A stretch of DNA of 64,000 bases, taken from NCBI GenBank assembly GCA_964016885.1, contig OZ024740.1, positions 204,414,001-204,478,000 of the forward strand, written 5' to 3'. The first letter of the stretch is position 1. Each line of letters begins with the position of its first letter. Shown piece after piece: positions 13,424 to 23,400 of this stretch. This stretch comes from Eledone cirrhosa. Its lineage: Eukaryota. The position numbers were made by a program, and so were the translations under genes. The notes below the pieces were generated by a model, which worked only from the letters and a program-made list of their open reading frames with translations, had not been told where the DNA came from and did no database searches.

Positions 13424-14670
13424 GCCTGGTGGATAACATCACCGGCTTTTCAATTCATGGCCAGGAAGCCAAGGCCCCAATAGTCAGCCCCGTGTTCTTT
13501 ATCGCTGCCGCTGGTGACGCTTACCATGCGTTACTGGGTTCTTTCCCGGAGCTCACGGATGGAAATTTTCGAGTCACTGACCCAACACACTCGACCGAAC
13601 ATTTTGTTTCCACCACCGGTGCCCCAGTGTTTTCGCGCTCACGCCGCTTACCGACGGAAAAATTAAAGGCAGCACGGTCCGAGTTCGACCATATGCTGCA
13701 GCTGGGCATTATTCGCCCATCTACGAGTCCTTGGGCTTCACCGTTACACATGGTGCCCAAGACTTCCGGCGACTGGAGACCCACGGGGGATTATAGGAGG
13801 TTAAATGCCATGACCGTCCCGGATAGGTATCCCATTCCCCATCCCCACGATTTTGCATCTTCACTGCAGGGGTGTAAGATTTTTTCTAAGTTAGATTTAG
13901 TGCGAGCCTACCACCAAATTCCGGTCAGGAAGGAGGATATTCCGAAAACTGCAATTACAACCCCTTTCGGATCATTCGAATTTTTGACCATGCCTTTCGG
14001 ACTCAGGAACGCCGCTAGCACTTTTCAGCGGTTCATAGACGAGGTCACGCGTGGTCTGGACTTCGTCTATGCTTACATAGACGATATTCTCGTCGCTAGT
14101 TCCTCTCCGGAAGAGCATATGCGCCACATGCTTCTCTTACTTCGGCGACTTCAGGATTACCGCGTTCGCGTGAATCCTGCAAAGTGTGTTTTCGGTTCCA
14201 CTTCCCTACATTTTTTAGGCCACCTCATCGACGCCGAAGGTATTAGGCCGCTCCCTGAGCGAGTTCAAGCCATACAGGAGTTACCTCCGCCTACTACACT
14301 TCACCAGTTGCGTCACTTCTTAGGCCTAATCAATTTCTATAGGCGTTTCATTCCTCATTGTGCTAATTGGCTATCTTCCCTTACTGACATTTTTAAAAAA
14401 TATCGTAAGAAGAATGAAGACATTTCCTTGACACAAGGACAGCTTCAGGACTTCCAGTCTGCCAAGACAGCCCTCACTAGTTCTTCTTTGCTAGCCCACC
14501 CGGTACCAGAGGCCAAGCTTTCGCTTTGTGTTGATGCATCTGATACCGCTGTGGGAGCAGTTTTGCAGCAGTCTTACGCTGAAAGCCAACAACCTTTGGC
14601 ATTTTTCTCGAGGAAGTTGAAACCAGCAGAAACACGTTATAGCACGTTTGGGCGGGAATTATTAGCCATC
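13420..14670 (+). pseudogene. pol: Gypsy (CsRn1-like) pol fragment: reverse transcriptase and N-terminal RNase H, inverted relative to element A
   Basis: Uninterrupted frame with [71 protein letters not shown] and [11 protein letters not shown]; no ATG start; runs into LTR sequence at 14670. Confidence 0.96.
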
Positions 14671-15081
14671 TGCCACGACAATCGAATCGCTGTTCTCTAG
14701 ACAGGAAGTAGGTGGAGTTGCTTCCCTTTGGGATTGACCAAACTCCCTAGTGGTCACTTCCGGTCAACAGAGATAAAAGGAGCGATTAACCGCGAAATCT
14801 CTCTCTCGCCTCCTGATTCCTGAAGTGGTAACATCTCCGACCATAGCTGGTGATTCTTGCTGGACGACCCTTTCGTTACCAAGCACCATGCAGCTCACCA
14901 GCCTGAGATGAGAGCGCCAAGACATTTCTACCAACTTCAGAATGGTATTATTGCCATCGGGTAACAACCCTTTACATTATACACCTTTGACTTCTATGAA
15001 GTAAAACTTTATCACACACACACACCAGTACTCTTTGTCTTTCATATTATGTTGCATGTGCACCGATATTTATTTCCTAAA
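14670..15081 (+). repeat. Orphan LTR-B (lacking first ~20 bp) inside element A
   Basis: Near-identical to 27672-28004 and similar to 26407-26815; followed by a PBS. Confidence 0.93.
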
Positions 15082-15082
15082 G

Positions 15083-15100
15083 TGGTGACCCCGACGTGAT
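15083..15100 (+). promoter_or_regulatory. tRNA-Trp primer-binding site of LTR-B
   Basis: TGGTGACCCCGACGTGAT is the complement of the last 18 nt of metazoan tRNA-Trp(CCA) as I recall the sequence. Confidence 0.9.
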
Positions 15101-15104
15101 GAAC

Positions 15105-15136
15105 GGCTGCGTGTTCGTATCACGTCAGGGTTACCA
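15105..15136 (-). promoter_or_regulatory. Extended (32-nt) tRNA-Trp PBS of element A; on plus it reads as the tRNA-Trp 3' end including CCA
   Basis: Plus strand GGCT GCGTG TTCGTAT CACGT CAGGGTT A CCA corresponds to variable loop, T arm, acceptor strand and CCA. Confidence 0.88.
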
Positions 15137-15137
15137 A

Positions 15138-15506
15138 TATAGCGGGAATACTGGGCTGCATGAATGTAACAAGGAATACATTGTTTGTGTAGATAATATT
15201 TAATTAACAATTGTAGATAGTATAGTTGACATGTCAAAGGAATGGTGATAGAATGAAGCAAAGTTAGTAGTTACCGTTTTCATTGCCAGGCAAACGCGGC
15301 TGGCAGAGGACGCCTGGCTAAGGCCAGGCGCCTGTTGGCCAAATGAATGGCTGAGCCAAATGAGAGGCTCTTGACCTGGTGCCGAAAAGGCAATGAGAGC
15401 AAGAGAGCTTAAAGTTGTTAGTTTTATAGGGCTCTGACCGGAAGTTGCAGAAAGGGCTCTACTTCCCGTCTAGATCCTAATCAAAACAAGGGAGACAACC
15501 GCTACA
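15138..15506 (-). repeat. 5' LTR of element A (LTR-A)
   Basis: Direct repeat of 11666-12034; followed on minus by T then the TGG PBS. Confidence 0.95.
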
Positions 15507-16326
15507 AGTTTATTATAGACCCAGACGGGGCTGTATTGTTAAGGAGTTTGTTATAGACCCAGACGTGGCTGTGTTGTTAAGGAGTTTATTATAGGCCCAG
15601 ACACGGTTGTGTGGTTAAGGAGTTTATTACAGACCCAGACGTGGCTGTGTTATTAAGGAGTTTATTATAGACCCAGACGTGGCTGTGTTATTAAGTAGTT
15701 TGTTATAGACCCAGACGTGGTTGTGTGGTTAAGGAGTTTATTATAGACCCAGACGTGGCTGTGTTATTAAGGAGTTTGTTATAGAACCAGACGTGGCAGT
15801 GTTGTTAAGGAGTTTGTTACCGACCCAGACGTGGCTGTGTTATTAAGGAGTTTGTTATAGACCCAGACGTGGCTGCGTTATAGACCCAGACGTGGCTGTG
15901 TTATTAAGGAGTTTCGTATAGACCCAGACGTGGCTGTGTTGTTAAGGTGTTTGTTATAGACTCAGACGTGGCTGTGTTGTTAGGAGTTTGTTATAGACCC
16001 AGACTTGGCTGTGTTATTAAGGAGTTTGTTATTGACCCAGATCGGGTGTGTTGTTAAGGAGTTCGTTATAGACACAGACGGGGCAGTGTTATTAAGGAGT
16101 TTCTTATAGACCCAGACGTGGCTGTGTTATTAAGGGCTTTCTTATAGACCCAGACGTGGCTGTGTTATTAAGGATTTTATTATAGACCCAGACGTGGCTG
16201 TGTTGTTAAGGAGTTCGTTATAGACCCAGACGTTCCTGTGTTATTAAGGAGTTTATTATAGAGCCAGACGTTTATGTGTTGTTAAGGTGTTTGTTATAGT
16301 CCCAGACGTGGCTGTTTTGTTACAGA

Positions 16327-16480
16327 TATAGCGAGAGTACGCTCTTGGCCTGGTGCCGAAAAGGCAATGAGAGAATGGGAACTTACAGTTGTTAGTTTTA
16401 TAGGGTTCTGACCGGAAGTTACAGAAAAGGTTCTACTTCCCGTCTAGATGTTAAACCAAACAAGGGAGACAACCGCTACA
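16327..16480 (-). mobile_element. Internally deleted solo LTR related to LTR-A, copy 1
   Basis: TATAGCGAGAGTAC start joined to GCTCTTGGCCTGGTGCC...AACCGCTACA; flanked by CAGA/CGGA (TSD with one change). Confidence 0.9.
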
Positions 16481-17569
16481 CGGAGTTTGTTATAGATCCA
16501 GACGTGGCTGTTTTGTTACGGAGTTTGTTATAGACCCAGACGTGGCTGTGTTATTAAGTAGTATGTTATAGACCCAGACGTGGTTTTGTGGTTAACGAGT
16601 TAGTTATAGACACAGACGTGGCTGTGTTGTTAAGGAGTTTATTATAGACATGGATGTGGTTGTGTTGTTAAGGAGTTTATTATAGACCCAGACGGGGCTG
16701 TGTTGTTAAGGAGTTTATTATAGACCCAGACGTGGCTGTGTTGTTAAGGAGTTTATTATAGGCCCAGACGCGTTTGTGTGGTTAAGGAGTTTATTATAGA
16801 CCCAGACGTGGCTGTGTTAATAAGTAGTCTGTTATAGACCCAGACGTGGTTGTGTGGTTAAGGAGTTTATTATAGACCCAGACGTGGCCGTGTTATTAAG
16901 GAGTTTGTTATAGAACCAGACGTGGCAGTGTTGTTAAGGAGTTTGTTACCGACCCAGACGTGGCTGTGTTGTTAAGGAGTTTGTTATAGACCCAGAAGTG
17001 GCTGTGTTATAGACCCAGACGTGACTGTGTTATTAAGGAGTTTCTTATAGACCCAGACGTGGCTGTGTTGTTAAGGAGTTTGTTATAGACTCAGACGTGG
17101 CTGTGTTGTTAGGAGTTTGTTATAGACCCAGACTTGGCTGTGTGATTAAGGAGTTTGTTATTGACCCAGATCGGCTGTGTTGTTAAGGAGTTCGTTATAG
17201 ACACAGACGGGGCTGTGTTATTAAGGATTTTATTATAGACCCAGACGTGGCTGTGTTGTTAAGGAGTTCGTTATAGACCCAGACGTGGCTGTGTTGTTAA
17301 GGTGTTTGTTATAGTCCCAGACGTGGCTGTGTTGTTACGGAGTTTGTTATAGATCCAGACGTGGCTGTTTTGTTACGGAGTTTGTTATAGACCCAGACGT
17401 GGCTGTGTTGTTAAGGAGTTTGTTATAGACCCAGACGTGGTTTTGTGGTTAACGAGTTAGTTATAGACCCAGACGTTCCTGTGTTATTAAGGAGTTTATT
17501 ATAGAGCCAGACGTTTATGTGTTGTTAAGGTGTTTGTTATAGTCCCAGACGTGGCTGTTTTGTTACAGA

Positions 17570-17723
17570 TATAGCGAGAGTACGCTCTTGGCCTGGTGCC
17601 GAAAAGGCAATGAGAGAATGGGAACTTACAGTTGTTAGTTTTATAGGGTTCTGACCGGAAGTTACAGAAAAGGTTCTACTTCCCGTCTAGATGTTAAACC
17701 AAACAAGGGAGACAACCGCTACA
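17570..17723 (-). mobile_element. Internally deleted solo LTR, copy 2
   Basis: Same sequence and same flanks as 16327-16480. Confidence 0.9.
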
Positions 17724-20286
17724 CGGAGTTTGTTATAGATCCAGACGTGGCTGTTTTGTTACGGAGTTTGTTATAGACCCAGACGTGGCTGTGTTATTAA
17801 GTAGTATGTTATAGACCCAGACGTGGTTTTGTGGTTAACGAGTTAGTTATAGACACAGACGTGGCTGTGTTGTTAAGGAGTTTATTATAGACATGGATGT
17901 GGTTGTGTTGTTAAGGAGTTTATTATAGACCCAGACGGGGCTGTGTTGTTAAGGAGTTTATTATAGACCCAGACGTGGCTGTGTTGTTAAGGAGTTTATT
18001 ATAGGCCCAGACGCGTTTGTGTGGTTAAGGAGTTTATTATAGACCCAGACGTGGCTGTGTTAATAAGTAGTCTGTTATAGACCCAGACGTGGTTGTGTGG
18101 TTAAGGAGTTTATTATAGACCCAGACGTGGCCGTGTTATTAAGGAGTTTGTTATAGAACCAGACGTGGCAGTGTTGTTAAGGAGTTTGTTACCGACCCAG
18201 ACGTGGCTGTGTTGTTAAGGAGTTTGTTATAGACCCAGAAGTGGCTGTGTTATAGACCCAGACGTGACTGTGTTATTAAGGAGTTTCTTATAGACCCAGA
18301 CGTGGCTGTGTTGTTAAGGAGTTTGTTATAGACTCAGACGTGGCTGTGTTGTTAGGAGTTTGTTATAGACCCAGACTTGGCTGTGTGATTAAGGAGTTTG
18401 TTATTGACCCAGATCGGCTGTGTTGTTAAGGAGTTCGTTATAGACACAGACGGGGCTGTGTTATTAAGGATTTTATTATAGACCCAGACGTGGCTGTGTT
18501 GTTAAGGAGTTCGTTATAGACCCAGACGTGGCTGTGTTGTTAAGGTGTTTGTTATAGTCCCAGACGTGGCTGTGTTGTTACGGAGTTTGTTATAGATCCA
18601 GACGTGGCTGTTTTGTTACGGAGTTTGTTATAGACCCAGACGTGGCTGTGTTGTTAAGGAGTTTGTTATAGACCCAGACGTGGTTTTGTGGTTAACGAGT
18701 TAGTTATAGACACAGACGTGGCTGTGTTGTTACGGAGTTCGTTATAGACCCAGATGTGGCTGTGTTATTAAGGAGTTTATTATAGACCCAGACGTGACTG
18801 TGTTGTTAAGGAGTTCGTTATAGACCCAGACGTGGCTGTGTTATTAAGGAGTTCGTTATAGCCGCAGACGTAGTTGTGTTGTTAAGGAGTTTATTATAGA
18901 CCCAGACATGGCTGTGATGTTAAGTAGTTCGTTATACACACAGACGGGTCTTTGTTGGTAAGGAGTTTGTTATCGACCCAGACGAGGCTGTGTTGTTAAG
19001 GAGTTTGTTATAGACCCAGACGTGGCTGTGTTATTAAGGAGTTCTAGACCGAAATGTGGTTGTGTTGTTAAGGAGTTTATTATAGACACGGACGTGGTTG
19101 TGTTGTTAAGGAGTTTATTATAGACCCAGACGGGGTTGTGTTGTTAAGGAATTCGTTATAGACCCAGATGTAGTTGCGTGGTTAAGGAGTTTATTATAGA
19201 CCCAGACGTGGCTGTGCTGTTAATGAGTTCGTTATAGACCCAGACGTGGCTGTGTTATTAAGGAGTTTATTATAGACCCAGACGTGACTGTGTTGTTAAG
19301 GAGTTCGTTATAGACCAAGACGGGCTGTGTTATTAAGGAGTTTATTATCGACCCACACGTGGCTGTGTTGTTAAGGAGTTCGTTATAGTCCCAGACGTCG
19401 CTGTGATATTAAGGAGTTCGTTATAGACACGGACGGGGCTGTGTTGTTAAGGAGTTCGTTATAGACCCAGATGTGGCTGTGTTATTAAGGAGTTTATTAT
19501 AGACCCAGACGTAGCTGTGTTGTTAAGGAGTTTGTTATAGACCCAGACGTGGCTGTGTTATTAAGGAGTTTATTATAGACCCAGACGTGGCTGTGATATT
19601 AAGGAGTTCGTTATAGACACAAACGGGGCTTTGTTGTTAAGGAGTTTGTTATAGACCCAGACGTGGCTGTGTTGTTAAGGAGTTTGTTATAGACCCAGAC
19701 GTGTCTGTGTTATTAAGTAGTTCGTTATAGACCGAAATGTGGTTGTGTTGTTAAGGAGTTTATTATAGACACGGACGGGGTTGTGATGTTAAGGAATTCG
19801 TTATAGACCCAGATGTAGTTGTGTGGTTAAGGAGTTTATTATAGACCCAGACGTGGTTGTATGGTTAAGGAGTTTCTTATAGACCCAGACGTGGTTGTGT
19901 TGTTAAGGTGTTTGTTATAGACTCAGACGTGGCTGTGTTGTTAGGAGTTTGTTATAGACCCAGACTTGGCTGTGTTATTAAGGAGTTTGTTATTGACCCA
20001 GATCGGGTGTGTTGTTAAGGAGTTCGTTATAGACACAGACGGGGCAGTGTTATTAAGGAGTTTCTTATAGACCCAGACGTGGCTGTGTTATTAAGGGCTT
20101 TCTTATAGACCCAGACGTGGCTGTGTTATTAAGGATTTTATTATAGACCCAGACGTGGCTGTGTTGTTAAGGAGTTCGTTATAGACCCACACGTTCCGTG
20201 TTATTAAGGAGTTTATTATAGAGCCAGACGTTTATGTGTTGTTAAGGTGTTTGTTATAGTCCCAGACGTGGCTGTTTTGTTACAGA

Positions 20287-20440
20287 TATAGCGAGAGTAC
20301 GCTCTTGGCCTGGTGCCGAAAAGGCAATGAGAGAATGAGAACTTACAGTTGTTAGTTTTATAGGGTTCTGACCGGAAGTTACAGAAAAGGTTCTACTTCC
20401 CGTCTAGATGTTAAACCAAACAAGGGAGACAACCGCTACA
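20287..20440 (-). mobile_element. Internally deleted solo LTR, copy 3
   Basis: Same sequence (one difference, GAATGAGA vs GAATGGGA) and same flanks. Confidence 0.9.
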
Positions 20441-23400
20441 CGGAGTTTGTTATAGATCCAGACGTGGCTGTTTTGTTACGGAGTTTGTTATAGACCCAGA
20501 CGTGGCTGTGTTATTAAGTAGTATGTTATAGACCCAGACGTGGTTTTGTGGTTAACGAGTTAGTTATAGACACAGACGTGGCTGTGTTGTTAAGGAGTTT
20601 ATTATAGACATGGATGTGGTTGTGTTGTTAAGGAGTTTATTATAGACCCAGACGGGGCTGTGTTGTTAAGGAGTTTATTATAGACCCAGACGTGGCTGTG
20701 TTGTTAAGGAGTTTATTATAGGCCCAGACGCGTTTGTGTGGTTAAGGAGTTTATTATAGACCCAGACGTGGCTGTGTTATTAAGGAGTTTATTATAGACC
20801 CAGACGTGGCTGTGTTATTAAGTAGTCTGTTATAGACCCAGACGTGGTTGTGTGGTTAAGGAGTTTATTATAGACCCAGACGTGGCCGTGTTATTAAGGA
20901 GTTTGTTATAGAACCAGACGTGGCAGTGTTGTTAAGGAGTTTGTTACCGACCCAGACGTGGCTGTGTTGTTAAGGAGTTTGTTATAGACCCAGAAGTGGC
21001 TGTGTTATAGACCCAGACGTGACTGTGTTATTAAGGAGTTTCTTATAGACCCAGACGTGGCTGTGTTGTTAAGGAGTTTGTTATAGACTCAGACGTGGCT
21101 GTGTTGTTAGGAGTTTGTTATAGACCCAGACTTGGCTGTGTGATTAAGGAGTTTGTTATTGACCCAGATCGGCTGTGTTGTTAAGGAGTTCGTTATAGAC
21201 ACAGACGGGGCTGTGTTATTAAGGATTTTATTATAGACCCAGACGTGGCTGTGTTGTTAAGGAGTTCGTTATAGACCCAGACGTGGCTGTGTTATTAAGG
21301 AGTTTATTATAGACCCAGACGTGTCTGTGTTGTTAAGGTGTTTGTTATAGTCCCAGACGTGGCTGTGTTGTTACGGAGTTTGTTATAGATCCAGACGTGG
21401 CTGTTTTGTTACGGAGTTTGTTATAGACCCAGACGTGGCTGTGTTGTTAAGGAGTTTGTTATAGACCCAGACGTGGTTTTGTGGTTAACGAGTTAGTTAT
21501 AGACACAGACGTGGCTGTGTTGTTACGGAGTTCGTTATAGACCCAGATGTGGCTGTGTTATTAAGGAGTTTATTATAGACCCAGACGTGACTGTGTTGTT
21601 AAGGAGTTCGTTATAGACCCAGACGTGGCTGTGTTATTAAGGAGTTCGTTATAGCCGCAGACGTAGTTGTGTTGTTAAGGAGTTTATTATAGACCCAGAC
21701 ATGGCTGTGATGTTAAGTAGTTCGTTATACACACAGACGGGTCTTTGTTGGTAAGGAGTTTGTTATCGACCCAGACGAGGCTGTGTTGTTAAGGAGTTTG
21801 TTATAGACCCAGACGTGGCTGTGTTATTAAGGAGTTCTAGACCGAAATGTGGTTGTGTTGTTAAGGAGTTTATTATAGACACGGACGTGGTTGTGTTGTT
21901 AAGGAGTTTATTATAGACCCAGACGGGGTTGTGTTGTTAAGGAATTCGTTATAGACCCAGATGTAGTTGCGTGGTTAAGGAGTTTATTATAGACCCAGAC
22001 GTGGCTGTGTTGTTAATGAGTTCGTTATAGACCCAGACGTGGCTGTGTTATTAAGGAGTTTATTATAGACCCAGACGTGACTGTGTTGTTAAGGAGTTGG
22101 TTATAGACAAAGACGGGCTGTGTTATTAAGGAGTTTATTATCGACCCACACGTGGCTGTGTTGTTAAGGAGTTCGTTATAGTCCCAGACGTCGCTGTGAT
22201 ATTAAGGAGTTCGTTATAGACACGGACGGGGCTGTGTTGTTAAGGAGTTCGTTATAGACCCAGATGTGGCTGTGTTATTAAGGAGTTTATTATAGACCCA
22301 GACGTAGCTGTGTTGTTAAGGAGTTTGTTATAGACCCAGACGTGGCTGTGTTATTAAGGAGTTCGTTATAGACACAGACGTAGTTGTGTTATTAAGGAGT
22401 TTATTATAGACCCAGACGTGGCTGTGATATTAAGGAGTTCGTTATAGACACAGACGGGGCTTTGTTGTTAAGGAGTTTGTTATACACCCAGACGTGGCTG
22501 TGTTGTTAAGGAGTTTGTTATAGACCCAGACGTGTCTGTGTTATTAAGTAGTTCGTTATAGACCGAAATGTGGTTGTGTTGTTAAGGAGTTTATTATAGA
22601 CACGGACGGGGTTGTGATGTTAAGGAATTCGTTATAGACCCAGATGTAGTTGTGTGGTTAAGGAGTTTATTATAGACCCAGACGTGGTTGTATGGTTAAG
22701 GAGTTTCTTATAGACCCAGACGTGGTTGTGTTGTTAAGGAGTTCGTTATAGACCCAGACGTAGTTGTGTTGTTAAGGTGTTTGTTGTAGTCCCAGACGTG
22801 GCTGTGTTGTTAAGGAGTTTATTATAGACAGAGACGTGGCTGTGTTGTTAAGGAGTTTGTTATAGACCCAGACGTGGCTGTGTTATTAAGGAGTTTATTA
22901 TAGACCCAGACGTGGTTGTGTGGTTAAGAAGTTCGTTATAGACACTGGCGGGGCTGTGTTATTAAGGAGTTCGTTATAGACACAGACTGGGCTGTGTTGT
23001 TAAGGAGGTTGTTATAGACCCAGACGTGGCTGTGTTAATAAGGAGTTTATTATAGACCCAGGCGTGGTTGTGTGGTTAAAGAGTTCGTTATAGACACAGA
23101 CGGGGCCGTGGTTTTAAGGAGTTTGTTATAGACCCAGAAGTGGCTGTGTTGTTAAGGTGTTTGTTATAGACCCAGACGTGACTGTGTTATTAAGGAGTTC
23201 GTTAAAGACGTAAATGTTGTTGTGTTGATAAGCAGTTTATTATAGACACGGATGTGGCTGTGTTATTAAGGAGTTTATCATAGACCCAGACGTGGCTGTG
23301 TTATTAAATAGTTCGTTATAGACCCAGACGTGGCTGTGTTATTAAGGAGTTTATTATAGACCAAGACGGGCTGTGTTATTAAGGAGTTTATTATCGACCC

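Larger units (their letters stand above)
11666..15506 (-). mobile_element. Chimeric non-autonomous Ty3/Gypsy LTR retrotransposon (element A)
   Basis: Two 369-bp direct repeats (11666-12034, 15138-15506; about 3 substitutions by eye); 4-bp TSD AGTT (11662-11665, 15507-15510) whose removal restores a satellite monomer; minus-strand PBS and PPT in the expected positions. Confidence 0.95.

Noticed and set aside
13429-14700. Functional stand-alone RT gene
   Set aside because: GTG pseudo-start at a rearrangement junction; no protease or gag; RNase H truncated, with the last residues read from LTR-B
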